Notes: a model not told the origin generated them from the sequence alone. Positions 13,201 through 26,374 are shown, counted from the whole stretch's first letter. The stretch: DNA of 63,859 nt, filler included, from Choristocarpus tenellus KU-1152 (GCA_964200185.2; 12 parts of 12 records of this genome joined end to end with filler, not necessarily neighbours in it); one strand, 5' to 3'. Program-made: numbers and translations.

Positions 13201-15635
13201 GCCATCTCTACCTACCTTCATTCCTACAATTTCCCGTGAGGGCATGCACCACAGGGACTTAGGAAAATTCACAGACAAACCTTATTACTTGAGTCTGGTC
13301 AGGAGGAGGTGAAATTTGGTCATGTGTTCATCGAATGATGAACTATAGGGAAAAAGATCGTTTAGCCAGTTTTCTACACCATTTCCTTTGAGATCTCCCA
13401 AGGCCTCTCTCATGTGACTAGAGAATACTGCAGGTAGGATTTTCAAGCCAAAGCCACACCTGTTATACTCCCAACGTTGTCCATGAGCGTCGCGGAAGGC
13501 TCTCTTATGTTTATCTACCTCTGCGATCTCTAACTGAAAGAATCCTGACGATAGATCTATTGCCTTAAAATAGCTAGACCCTTTGAGTTAATCGAAAATG
13601 CCGGTAATGTTCCCGAGACCTCCACTATCACTACATGAGAGATGATTGAGCATCCTATAGTCTGTGCACAACCTCAAGGTCCCATCTTTCTTACGTACTG
13701 TTACCACTGCTGCTGCCCATGCTGAGGTGGAGGGTCTAATGATACCACGTTCCTGCAACTGTTTAACCTCCGCTTGAATCATCTGCGTTTCTTCTGGAGA
13801 AAGGCGTCTTTGTTTTTGAGCAAGGAGTGCGGTTTTCATTTATGAGCGGTACTTCGCTAGAACATGGGGGAACTCGCTTAGGAAGTACTCCTAGATTCCG
13901 AAATTCCTCTAGCAATCTTTCTAACCGTTCTTTCTGACCTGGCGTCAGCTGTCCCATATTGGCATCACTAAGGCTCACCGCTTGATGCTGGATCCCCATC
14001 GCTTCTTTCGAAGGAGTGTCGCTTCTCTCTTCAACCGAACAGTTACTGATATTATCTGGTTCAGAGGAACGACTGGATTGGGACCTAGCAGTAGCGGACT
14101 GGACCTGTACTCTTGGGGATTCTTTGGGGTGTGTGGTCAGTGACTTGAAGAGTGCAATCATATTTTCTGTATCTTGAGTGTTTTGAGTATTTAGAGCAAT
14201 TGCCTTGGCAACTGGTAGCCCTGCTTAGACACTACTCGATACTAATGGGTTTGCTGCATGTGTTTACCAATTCGCACTATATGGGGGTTCCTGGGTTCCA
14301 CCATTGTACACCTCTGGCAATTCCGACAGCGTTTCCAAGTTCCAAGTTATACTCAGACAAGGGCTCAATCACCACTAGCTGTTTGGACTGTGGTTGTGCC
14401 CCCTTAAAGAATCCTTTGCAAATCCTGCTGACAAACCCTTCTACATTTTCTACTTCTGATAGACGTAGTTCGCACTGTAGAGTCCCATCAATCTCCCATA
14501 CTACCTCTGCTGGGAGGGGCAGTGGACCTGGATTCTCCAGTGATGGGGATAGAGGATCCTTGTCTTAGGTAAGATCTATTGCTACAATACCTGCTTCTGG
14601 ATCCGCATCTGAGGTATTTGCTCCTGGGTCTACATAAAAAACACTTGCAAATTCCTTCCCTGGTTGCGTATGTCCATCAGTTGGAGTACTAGCGCATCTC
14701 GGGGACCTGGAAAGTGTGTCAGGAGGGGGTTCTCTTCATCCAGCTGGTCTGGGGGTATTAAGAGGTAAACTGGGGTACTTGGACGGTCGGGTTTTGGGTG
14801 TCATTGATGCTTACCATTCTTCTAGGGCTGACAGGGGTATACTGTTATCACGAGGTCTGGGTGTCACAGCTCGGGCAAAAGGTTATCTAAACAACAATAT
14901 GCTCTTGTGTTGCCTACACAGAATGCTGCTCCCAGAACCATCCCATGAGGTAGACCTTCTACTACTCTGAACGTTATATTGCAGACTCTATCCTCTGGGG
15001 GAAACAATATTGGTAGTACGCAAGATCCTATTACCTGCATTGGTGGAATATTATGTCCTTTCGGATTTGCTGCTTGCAACGTACCTTTACCTGCCCAGTT
15101 GAGGTATGGTAGGCCGGTGCTACCTCCCCAGAGGGTAGTACTGCGCCAAAAAGTAGACGAAATGTAGTTCCCACCTCCTGCACCTGTGTCAAGGAGTATC
15201 TGTACAGGCGTTCGCGAGCGGACTTTGCGAGGATGCCACAACAGCACAGATATCCATACTTGACTAGTTCGTTGGGCATATAACATAGCGAATATTGTAA
15301 ACGAAGTAGGTGTGGGAGTCATGCTTCTTATAGCTACAGTAGCGAAGTACCCTGGGGCTCAAGGCTCCAGGGCGCACCTTCAGGGAAACTGCAACACTTC
15401 ACCATCGGTCGAACTGCTTGCAGTTAGTGGTGGAAACTCAAAGCCTTGCATTGCGGCGAGGTAATGCAGATGCGAGTCTGCCAAGGCTACCATCTTGCGT
15501 GGCTCGTGCCCTTGGGTAGTACTCTGCTTGCCTTGGGATAGGTATGCGAAGTAGCCTTTAGGTACTATGGAGTCGTCGTGGGTATACCTGTACCTGCGGC
15601 TGATAGCCTTGAAGCAGTCGCGACCCAAAGCGTGA
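10207..15635 (-). mobile_element. Degenerate Ty3/Gypsy retrotransposon 1 (gag remnant-PR-RT-RNase H-IN)
   Basis: Protease ILLDTGAG (~15190). RT IRPSTSAWAAAVVTVRKKDGTLRLCTDYRMLN. RNase H LHTDASEVGAGATL..DRECMAILWAVEHF..ITDCSA-LTW..KLHRWALRL. Integrase YLLIVIDRASRF..SFRSD..WDEYV..WTGP. Gypsy domain order; many stops and frameshifts. Confidence 0.95.
12417..12673 (-). mobile_element. MITE family A (Sola2-like), 257 bp, TSD AGGT, inside Gypsy-1 RNase H
   Basis: TIRs GAG(GG)AATGTATCTTAGAGGGTA / TACCCACTAGATACTTTGGCTC. AGGT at 12413-12416 and 12674-12677. Removing it rejoins the RNase H ...CSA-LTWFFKS sequence (one extra nearby base shifts the frame). Confidence 0.92.
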
Positions 15636-15892
15636 GAATCAAAGTATCTTAGAGGGTAGAGTCGCGTCCATTAGGGGGCCAAAATCCAATGTCGTGATTT
15701 TGATGTAATTATAGCTATTGTGGTTTGTAGGAGATGCCAATATCCTTGTTCCGGACACAACGTTTCATAACATATATTTTACCTACACAGAAATGGTTTT
15801 GGGGTAGGTAGTATGTCATTAAAGCCCGTGGGAAGCCAAGCCCCAATTGGAGAAACAGGGAAAAACTCGTACCCTCTAAGATACTTTCACTC
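15636..15892 (+). mobile_element. MITE family A, 257 bp, at the junction of two different Gypsy elements
   Basis: GAATCAAAGTATCTTAGAGGGTAG...TACCCTCTAAGATACTTTCACTC. No direct TSD (flanks GTGA / TCAC). Confidence 0.92.
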
Positions 15893-17640
15893 TCACAGCT
15901 GCTCAAGATTGTGCAGCTGTTCCTGGGCAACCTGTAGCTGCCCAGCCAAGGCCTGCATCTGTTCTTTATTCAATGGTTCAGGCGACCATGTCCCTTCCAG
16001 CGAGTTACTCACAGTTGATAGAGCAGTACGAAAATTCCCGACCATACATGATGTGGTATGGCGTAGTGTTGTATCATTCCCAATAACCTGTGTTCAGGAC
16101 CCACTGCACAGCAGGCAAATAATTTACCCAGTCACTGACCGGCATTTCCCCTCGCTTAGCATCGCCTTCAGCGTCCTTATCACCTCACGCATCATTCTCT
16201 CCCCTGTCCCATTAGTCCAGGTGGAGTTAGCTATTGTAAAGCGGTGATCCACCCCAGATAGCTCCTGTATCTGCCGCAGTACCTGGTTCTTGAAGTGGCT
16301 TGCCGTATCGCTCACCAAAACCTCCGGCACCCCCATTATTGCACACCACTTGTGCAAATGCCCAGCTGCAATCTCGGCATTGCACGTTTCCGCTGGTTCC
16401 AACCATGTGAAACTGCTTAAGTCATTCATCATGACCAGGATGTACTTATAACCTTTGCTCTCGTCCAGACCATCATCCCCCTATGGCCAGCTTTCACCTA
16501 AGTGAAGAACCTGCCCCACCGATGTGCTGTGCACCGTCTCCCAATAGGGTCTGGATACACGCTCACCAGCCTTGAAATTCAAGCAATCCTGTACAAACTC
16601 CGCCACGTCTGCCTCCAATGTAGATCAAACGCAATACCCCCTTTAGTCTCTGCACTGTTGCTGCCCTGCCACGATGCCCAGCTTCTCCCATATGTGCACA
16701 CACTATCAGGCGCGTTTGCAGATCCTTGGCCTCATCAGGTATCCACAGTGGGACTGTAACCTCTGCACCCACCCGTATCATGTTATCCTGGTCTTGATGT
16801 ACAAGGCCAGCAGAGGTCATAATTCCTCCACTTGCATGCATCGTCACACCCCCTAGGGCCTCGATGCCCACTAGTTGTGCCTCATATATCACCGCTCTCG
16901 ATGGCAGGGTGTCCTCCCCCTGCACCTCCGGACACACGGCTACAGCTCGCACCGCCACCGTAGGGACATCAGTCCACCTAGACAACAAGTCCCCCCAGCA
17001 GTTCAGCTCTCCAGCGATGTGATGGATACTGTAGTTGTACTGTCCCAGGAACGTGGTACAATGTAAAAAGACGTTGAGCAGTGGCCTTAGATAGGTCGGT
17101 AGCACACAGGGATGGGTGAAAGATATAGGCGAGATTTCGATGGTGAGTCAAAGTATCTTAGAGGGTACGAGTTTTTCCCTGTTTGTCCATTTGGAGCTTG
17201 GCTTCCCACGGGTTCTAATGACATATTACCTACCCCAAAACCATTTCTGTGTAGGTAAAATATATACGTTATGAAAAGGTGTGTCTGAAACAAGGATATT
17301 GACATCTCCTAATAACACAATAGCCATAATTACATCAATGTCTCAACATTAGATTTTCGCCCCCTAACGGACGCGACTCTTCCCTGTAAGATACTTTTAC
17401 TATGTTCGCAAAAAATGTGGGCCCCCTGCTACCAGAGCACCCACTCCAAATGCCGATAAGTTCCCACAATGGCAAACACCTCCTAATCCACCGTGGCCCA
17501 GCGTAGCCGTGATCCCCGGAAAGAACTACTCAGGAATCCCAGTGACTCATGGCTGATACGTTCCACTGCCACGCCTCCATTCAGCTCCACCTGAGGGATC
17601 TGTGTAACAAAATCGCCCCAGTACTTGTCAGAGGCGTCTG
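15893..17640 (-). mobile_element. Degenerate Ty3/Gypsy retrotransposon 2 (RNase H-integrase), a different family from Gypsy 1
   Basis: DASDKYWG..HIFCDHRNLAYIF (split by a MITE), YSIHHIAGELNCWGDLLSRW, CAHMGEAGHRG, VPEVLVSDTASHFKN..WTNGTGERMMRE. Confidence 0.92.
17145..17402 (-). mobile_element. MITE family A, 258 bp, TSD TGGT/TGTT, inside Gypsy-2 RNase H
   Basis: TIRs GAGTCAAAGTATCTTAGAGGGTA / CCCTGTAAGATACTTTTACTA. Removal restores the FCDHRNL motif. Confidence 0.92.
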
Positions 17641-17740
17641 NNNNNNNNNNNNNNNNNNNNNNNNNNNNNNNNNNNNNNNNNNNNTTAATTAATTAANNNN
17701 NNNNNNNNNNNNNNNNNNNNNNNNNNNNNNNNNNNNNNNN

Positions 17741-17809
17741 TTTTCCTGATTTTTGTCCAAATGGACACCCAGGTGTAGATCCCCCCCACCCTCCTAGATA
17801 CTTTGGGTC
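17741..17809. mobile_element. MITE family B terminus (contig start)
   Basis: ...CCAAATGGACACCCAGGTGTAGATCCCCCCCACCCTCCTAGATACTTTGGGTC matches the end of 60856-61038. Confidence 0.85.
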
Positions 17810-20218
17810 GTTCAACGCTGACACTGCTTCCTCCTTGCTTGACAGTTGAGATAAACTGACATTCACAAGCGTGTCCTGCAAGATTATTCATGTGTAAGTC
17901 CTATTATTGTTATTATTCATTCTCGTTTACCCTCACAGCTACCCCTTCTGCATCAGTCTCTCTCTAGTAGGACTGGACTGCTTGGTCGAGATTGGAAGAG
18001 AGTTGATATGGTTCCCTCTACTACTACTCCCACTCAAGATGAATCAGAATGGAGGTGGTCACCAACGTCTTTCTCGTAAAGATTAGGCCCAGTTGAACAC
18101 TTCAATACCAATAACCCGTCATGCACAATCCTAGCACAGGTCAAGATGGAGATGTCTTCCATACAGTTGGTGAATATGACCTCCTAAAACATGGCATATT
18201 GGCACCTTGCATCTACAACAAGATTTCATCCCTCCATTAACTAGATGACTTTAGTGCGTGTGTACACCGTCAACATCTTTCCGAAAATATTCATTTTGAG
18301 ATTTTCTTTAATGTTAGATGAGGTGGTCCATGTATTGCAGAGGGGGGTCTGCCTCCATTCAAGACAACATGAGCGACCATGTTGTGATTTTCATACCATT
18401 GTAGTGAACGTGTCAGATATAACGGCAATTTCCTTCATCTGAACGCACCTTACTTTTTATCCCCCTGCCTGAACCAAAATGTGAAGGAAAATCACCTCCA
18501 CAATATCAAAGTGGAGTATCTTACAACACCTCACCAAGCCCCGAATGAACATAGTGGGCAAAACACCCCCTTCTAGGATACTATGGGCCTGTCACTCTAG
18601 TTAAAATGACAGTATTTTAAAGAACCGAATAGTAAAGTAGATTCCGAGAAGCGATATGTTAGTAAGAGTATAAGTTTTTTTTCAATGTCTTTTTTTTACC
18701 CTCCTAATAAAAACAGAGTCACTCGATTTGGAAACTACTAGTAACTTGTTGCATTATTTTTCTATTTCAGTACATAGCAAAGAAGCACTCCCAAAATCCC
18801 TAAACCCCAAACGACTAACTTATCCATATATCTCCTACCCAGGTAACGGGAAGATAAGTAGTATTTATCATTATTGTTGTTAAACTTTAAGGTTTGGAAG
18901 ATCCTGAGTTTTGTGATCGCAGGAAAATCTTCATGACGTCACAGTAAGAGTAGGAGTGGAGTAGTTCATATGGGAGTAGGTGAATATGATGTGGAGTGGT
19001 CACAGTACGCAAGGGATATATCTCATCAGAGGAGGACAGGCTGGTATACACTCTCTTTTGAGGAATCCTATTTTCCAGTCACAGTGGAAGATCTTTCGTG
19101 AGATTGACGCGGTGGAATCTTTTCAAGATACCAATCCCACAAGTACCATATCCTCCTCCATCAGAGATCTGAAAAATCAAATATTCTCTTTCCTCGCACT
19201 TCTTGCCCTTTCTGAGTATCCATCTGATGATGTTCTCATCCCTCCCCAATTTCAGCAATTCCTTCTAGTCTTCCACTTGTCTAACCTTAACATTCACCTC
19301 TTGATTAAGGTTCATCATGGTCTGTTGATCCGTCTTGTCTAGTGATTCTCTTCACCACCCTTGCCCTAGTGAACCACCCAGCCACAGAATCATACGATTC
19401 ATATATCCCCCAAGACATACTTCTTGTGTTGGATCGAGTATTTTTGAACCATCTGTTTGACTTCAATGATGGAAAAGGAAATAGATTGCAGTGCTCTCCA
19501 TCGCTAATGAGGGCACAAAAACAACCATCACTCCCCCCTCGTCAATTGTGTGGTGGATGATGACTACAAACAGGCCTGGGCTGGGCACATCTCTAAGGAT
19601 GAAACTGCAAAGGGACTTAAACCTTGTCTTCCCACATCTTTGATGGAGTTGGCACATATATTTTGAGAAACTCCCCACGGAACTTGATTGGTGTCCCAAC
19701 TGATGTGGTTGAGACGTGTCAGGAAAAAATGAATTTGAAAACACAACACTTGAGTTGCATTATGAGGAGGTGACTGACAAGGATGCCAGAGTTGAAGAGG
19801 CCAGGACGTAGGGAGGAGACAGCGAGAGTTATGAAGTACTTGCCGTGAAGGATAGGAATGGCCACGAAGAGGGACATCGAACTTGTTCCTTTTGTACAGG
19901 AGATGAAGTAAAATGCGTATATTGAACACTTGTTAGAGGGTAAGAAAGGAACTTCTATGATGGTACGAATGATTATTTGGGTAGGGAGGACATTCCAGAT
20001 AAAAGGAACAATGTTGTTTGGAAATGGATGGTTAATGATGGGGATGTAAATTGTTTCCATTCTGTTCTGTGCCACGACTCTCTATATTGCATTTTATCAT
20101 AAAAATATCAACATTCTGGAAAAGTGCACAACTCCGTACATATCGAAGGTTACCCTGCAATATACTCACCAAACAAGCTCTAGTTGTCGACGGGGAGGAG
20201 ATATTTGCTGAGCATGAA

Positions 20219-20259
20219 GGCTCAAAGTATCTGGGAGGGGGTGGCGGCTGTCCATTTGG
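20219..20259. mobile_element. MITE family B terminus (contig end)
   Basis: GGCTCAAAGTATCTGGGAGGGGGTGGCGGCTGTCCATTTGG. Confidence 0.85.
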
Positions 20260-20477
20260 NNNNNNNNNNNNNNNNNNNNNNNNNNNNNNNNNNNNNNNNN
20301 NNNTTAATTAATTAANNNNNNNNNNNNNNNNNNNNNNNNNNNNNNNNNNNNNNNNNNNNCTTGTCCTTTTCCAATCCCAAAAATGTTATAAAATTGTTCA
20401 GGAAAATAAAAGCAATTGCCCCCCCCCCCCCTCCCCCCCCCCCCTGCCCATTCTCGATCCCAAACCAGTCTTGACCT

Positions 20478-23130
20478 TGTTGAGCATGGCAGGTGTTACC
20501 GACATGAACCGATCAAAGTAGAATGTGTACACAGGGCGGCTGAGGCTGAGACTGAAGGCAGAGCGCATGACATTGAAGCAGAAATCAAGAAGGGGATCAG
20601 GGACAACCTGCCAAAAAAACCCAATCAGGAACAGACCATGACACCCCACATTCATTTCAAGAGGAGACGGGGAGAGGGTGTGAGACAGGGTTAGGGTTAG
20701 GGTGTGTTGAATGGTGCGCATGTGCCTGGATGGGTTCCATACCCATGACTGTTATGGCTAACACTGAAACCTAACCCTAACCCTAAGTTTGCTTTAAAAC
20801 CATTTTTTTAAAAGAGGGGGAGAAAATAAACACACGCGATTTCTGGTCCACCTCTCCTCAAAACCCCTTCAAGAAATTCGCATAACTTCTTTTAACAAGC
20901 AAGTAGTACAACTATAATTTTTGGACATTGATATAAAACTGGATATTTCTCTCCATCATTTCCTAACACGACCCTAACCCTAACCTTGTAAATATATTAA
21001 TAATAATAATAATAATAATAATATATACATAAACACATAATATAAAGTGGAAAATAAAGAAAGAAACCAAATATCACTGTTTTCAAGAAAAAAACATGTC
21101 CACACTGAACCTCCTCCCCTCCTTCCTTCCCTTCTGCACATTATTTATTTTTCTTACCATCCATCCACTCCTCCAACATTGACATCATTGATATCACCTA
21201 TCAGCTCCTCATCACTAAGGTATACCTTCAAAATATACTGGCAAAATTGGCAAAGGAACATTATACATTACTATCAATATTGTTACTACTAAAAAGATAT
21301 ACCTTCAAAATTACACAAGAACTACTTTATGTAAATAAAGAATAAAACGGCTCTACCCAATCCTAAGACATCTCCCTAAAATATGTACTATTTGAAAACA
21401 AACCAAGGCAACAATGCCCCATAGAAATAAAGGTTGTTCACTACAAAGACACTACAAAGAAATGTGTACTCTCCTCTATCCTTCCAACCTAGCTCAGCCC
21501 ATTCAAGGTGGGCAAGGAACTAGGGAAGCATCCCAAGAACTGCCATGGAGTATGCTCCAAAGTCATACCCTCCCACCAACCCTAACCCTAATCCTGACGA
21601 TTCTACATATTCAGTAACGTTTTCAGTATCTTATCAGTGTTAATATAGTCAAAACAAGATCACATTAAGAGATGAATTATGACTCAGTAGTTAGTGGAAG
21701 CACATAGTGGTTAGATTTTACAGGTTCAAACCCTAACCCTACCTGCAACAAAAAATGTTCTGAGAAGAGAGCGAGGTTAGGATGCTCTTAATTCCCAAGC
21801 CATACCAAGGCAGGTCCAGAACAAGATTGTAGGTAAGAGGTGGAGTGAGATGAGAGACTAGGGCAGTGAGATGACTGACATCAACTCACAATGATAAATG
21901 ATACACACAAATAGTCGCAAATAGTCACAAATATAGGCTGCATAATTAGTCATACAAGTGCAACTATAATTAGCTACCACCATTATAAACAAAAATATAA
22001 ATATATATATTTTTTCTTAAAATATCTCTATCTGGAATGTGATGTACATCATAAACCCACCCCTTACCCACCTCCATGACAAGACGCCTTCCATCGGAGA
22101 GGAGCAGTCCCAGGGTAGGAGCCACCACAGTAGTCTTTCCTGCTCCCATGATCATCTGGTGGCACATGGACTGTCCTGTTGTGGCCTTGGACATGAAACG
22201 ACCCAACAGAACCACCTTCACACATGGCACATGGCACATGGCACATGGCACATGACACATGACACATCCACCCAAGCAAAAAACACCCAATCCAATCCAC
22301 AACATAACAGGCATGCAGGCATACACACACACAAGCACATGAAAAGTAATAAAAGAATGTGTTACAAAGAAAAGAAAGGAAAAAAAACAAAGACAAGGGA
22401 GAGTGAGAGGTAGGGATGGAGAAAAAAAAATCTACTCTTTATTTAATTTTCTTTTTTGAAGGGTGTGGTGGTGCGAAAAATTCTACTGTGTAAAAAAAAG
22501 TCTTCCGAGTTTTGGTAAAACTTCAATGGCACTTCCAGGAGCATCACCTGCCCGACTTCAAACCATGATTGCAAGTAAACCAAATCCACATGTAATGTAT
22601 CAATAAAAAAACTATAAATATTTATATATATATATATAAAAATAAATAGATACACATGAAAAAGGAGGAATCCTTCATTTATCCAAGAACACCAGCCAGT
22701 GTGTTTGTACTCCCCAACAAACCAAACAAATACACACACCTACACACACCTACACTGAGATACCCCCACCCCCCCCCCCCCCTACCAAAAAAAGTATATA
22801 TATATATATATACATCCACCCATCTTATCTCTACAAACCCACAAGATATGATGAGGTTCATAAAGGGAATCGATCACACCAGTGGGTACAGTACATGTAA
22901 CCTGTGAGGAATGAAGCAGGATGGAAGCATTGAACTCCACCACCAGGAGGCGAGGGTCATAGGAGAACCGTGCCATGACCCCTAACCCTTGCTGTCCTTC
23001 ACGGAACATGTAATGGCGTTTCTTCGACACCGCTTCTGCCAACGCCTTTTCAGATGCAAATCCAAGGGGAAAAAAGGAGGAAGTTGCAGGAGAGGGAAAT
23101 CAAGACGGGCAGTGAGGGCCAGAAATTGAC
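20478..23130 (-). CDS. Internal exons of a DUF3638-type giant protein (exons approx. 22902-23130, 22071-22215, 20478-20607)
   Basis: YDPRLLVVEFNASILLHSSQ | VVLL..CHQMIMGAGKTTVVAP..RLVME | VVPDPLL..VYTFYFDR matches the LLxxE..ILLRxxQ..QxxMGxGKxxV..VVPxxLL signature of DUF3638 proteins. GT/AG borders are present; the upstream exon border is approximate. Confidence 0.75.
20688..20786. repeat. Intronic telomere-type repeats in inverted arrangement
   Basis: GGGTTAGGGTTAGGG at ~20688-20702 and CCTAACCCTAACCCTAA at ~20770-20786. More CCCTAA/TTAGGG tracts at ~20972, 21580, 21730 and 23297. Confidence 0.75.
22220..22267 (+). repeat. (CACATGG/A)n heptamer microsatellite
   Basis: About 6-7 units of CACATGG/CACATGA next to the acceptor of the 22071-22215 exon. 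Confidence 0.9.
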
Positions 23131-24199
23131 AAGGCAAAGGTGGGGTGGGAATGTGAATGTGAATGTGAATGGAGTTGCTCCGACAGTGCATGGCGTTTGG
23201 TGCTTTCATCAAAAAAGAGGAATAAACACCACGATATAGGTGCTAATATGATAGTATATCTATACATATATAAAAAAAATCAACAGGATTGTTAGGTTAG
23301 GGTTAAGGAGGTAGGCATGGACTGTACCCTTCCTTTTCTATGCATTCTAAGGTACATTTCTTACCCTGTGCAATACACTCTTATTTCATCCCAATACGTC
23401 CACAACAACACTCCATGAAAAAATGACATTCTCCCCCCCCCTTCCCCCCCCCCCCCCCCCACCCCACCCAACCACAAAAAAATACCCCCCAACAACCACC
23501 GAACAACCAACCANNNNNNNNNNNNNNNNNNNNNNNNNNNNNNNNNNNNNNNNNNNNTTAATTAATTAANNNNNNNNNNNNNNNNNNNNNNNNNNNNNNN
23601 NNNNNNNNNNNNNCTTTATTCAGATCTTGAAATAATTCAGGCCCCCCCCCCGGGGCACAGGAGTAGGTAGATGGGAAGATAAGGAAGACAGTAGTACAAT
23701 ATTTGATAGTGGTTTCCACGCTTACAATGTTATATAGTGTTCTTACATTTAGGATATTTTATTTCTTTAGGGCTAAGAACGCCATATATATAGTCTTGAT
23801 TGGTTTCCCCCCTGACACATCTACAAAATGTCAGAGGGCATAATAATAAAAATATATAGACTGGAGTTTCCAAAATAAAAAGAAGTCAAAGTAAACAAAT
23901 AGATAGGAATAATGGAGCTGCCTACAAAAACGGGGTTTTTAATTAAGCAAATCAACAAATCTAGATTAAATAATCAAATAGTTGGTCTTAAATAGCATAC
24001 ATATACACATAACGATTTAGGAATAAATTATACATTAGTGAAAAGCTGAGTTAAGTGGTACAGAAATCTTCAGTATCCGTATCACTATGAAATGACAGGT
24101 GCATTCATTTTATATCCCATTACGTAACTTTTGATGATATCATTACAGGAGTAGAGTAGTATGTATTACAAACTTCTAGACAGGTTTTATAGGTCAGGT

Positions 24200-25050
24200 G
24201 ATATTAATGATGGTTGACTATATACGAGGACCGTCATCACAAATATGTTTCTTGCTGGTTTGACCACAAGCCCATGAAATATTGTGCTAAAGGGTTTATC
24301 ATGCAGTGTTGAGTCCCAAGTGCATCAGACTGCTAAGCTGCGGAGAAATATTAAGGTCGCTGTTAAGTGAGATGGCACCAAGTACCTCACGTCTGCACAC
24401 TATGCAATTTTTGAGGTTGTTACTTGGGTTGGAGCATGTGATGCTGTGTTTTGAATCAAATTAAAGCTTAGCCTACTCCGAGTCCCTAAGCAATTGTCTC
24501 ACTGAGCGCATTGACAACTTTGTCAGGAAACCCAAGATTACCACTATTTACAGGGTGAGTTCTGACACCACAAGCATGCGCAGTATGCCAAGACGCTACG
24601 GATCTTGGATTATTCCTCTTTCTATTGGTAAACATAGAACTGGAACTTAGATTGTAACTCAACTGATATCTTTCAAACATTCTTATTTTCTGGCCAGGGT
24701 GTCTCAGAAAAGGCGGAAATGTTGGAATTGTGAGTCAAGCAGTCCCATCGCCTTTGACACGTTTTGGTTGATGAACTACATACTCCAGAATAAAGAAGGG
24801 AGTCGTAAGAGTTTCCTTCAACTGCATCAAACGACAATTCTGATTTTTGATATGGAGCTCTATTGCAAAGGAAGTAGTCTTGTTCCACGGACATTCAGTG
24901 CAGACTGTCCAACAACACACTACACATACATGTTTGAAGTGGGCTGTTTAATGTACGTCCAAATATATGGGTTGTTTACACCCTGACAAAATATTTCTCG
25001 GGGATCCAGTACCATGTGACCATCAGCTATAGCCTGCATTGATGGCCCAC
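24200..25050 (-). pseudogene. Possible highly decayed non-LTR (LINE) RT remnant
   Basis: Only weak motifs, e.g. DVRYL(G)..LNSDL near 24390 across a frameshift. No intact ORF. Confidence 0.25.
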
Positions 25051-26374
25051 CTGCCGCATATATATATATATATATGTAGCATTCACATCTTTATATTTTA
25101 TCTTCACACATTTTACGGTAAAACAGGGCACCCACCCACACGTGCACTCTAGAACTTGAACAAATACCTACTTCACACTAATAACAGAAAGGTCTATGTT
25201 TGTCAAGTACCTTACGGATTCATTGATCAAGACTTAACCAACAAACTGTGCTGAAATTCATTGTCCAGACTTCCTAGAGCTTGAGTGATAGAAGGCATCA
25301 CAGAGGAGAAATGAGGTGTTACAGCCAAATCACTGCAATAAACTGTCTCTTCATTGAAAGGCGCATGACCTGTGTAAGAGATGAGGCTGTCATAATTAAT
25401 GGACATTCATGTGTCCACATGGGGAAGATCATCATAACTTCAAGTGCAAATGCGAATCATCATTTGATCCCGATTCAACGGGTGAGTCCTTATCCTTATT
25501 CTATGCTATATATGTACATCCCTTCTTTTAATCGCCTCTTGCATCAGCCATGCCTGCTATTCGCCTCGTGTCCCAAACCCAGTCGAACTCTTGGTAGTTC
25601 TTCGATTCATAGCCTTAACAATGTGGCACGAGTACCTTCCCACATCCATCCAATCTCCCCTCCATGACAAAATGCACACTCCAAGCGTAGAACTGACCAG
25701 CCCCTCTGCTCTACCGTTATGTCGGCTTGTATGCAAGCTTGCCCCTCAACGTAGCCTGAGGGAGGAGGCTGCACTGACTCGGACTGAGAGGACATTGAAA
25801 CCTCAAAATTCCTACTGGAAGGGCAAAGAACATTCTTTTCAGTTCCTGATCAGTGATATGTTTACTGTGGTTTGGTTGTAGGAGAGCTGGCTGAACCCAC
25901 CTCACTACTCTTTATCAGGATCACCAAGATCGTGCTTTGAAGTACAAGGGACTGATATTGGAGGATTTGGATGGAGTGCATTTCTGGTGGGTGGTTCTGC
26001 CTTCTGATTTAGGAGCCTCGGATATTGGTCACCCCAATCACACCCGCACGTCAACAGATGTCAAGATGGGTGTTTTTGGTGAAGGATTTCTACTTCTGAA
26101 GAAGGTTGGTGATGGACCAAAGGAAAATCCCTACCCTGACTTTGCACTGCAATTGAACAGCATATCCCCTTCGAAAGTACTGCTGCTGGGCTTAGAGGAA
26201 AGTCAAATGAGCTACGACAACTCCAGTGCAACATTTCCTCCCGCAATATGTTGCACATTGTTTCCTAGCACTTATTATCACTTGTGAAATATGATGTGGG
26301 GCTTCTAAACCACAAAATGGTTTCTTCTAGATATTCATCCCATGCACTTCTGTCGCCCCTGTTGATCCACTTTG

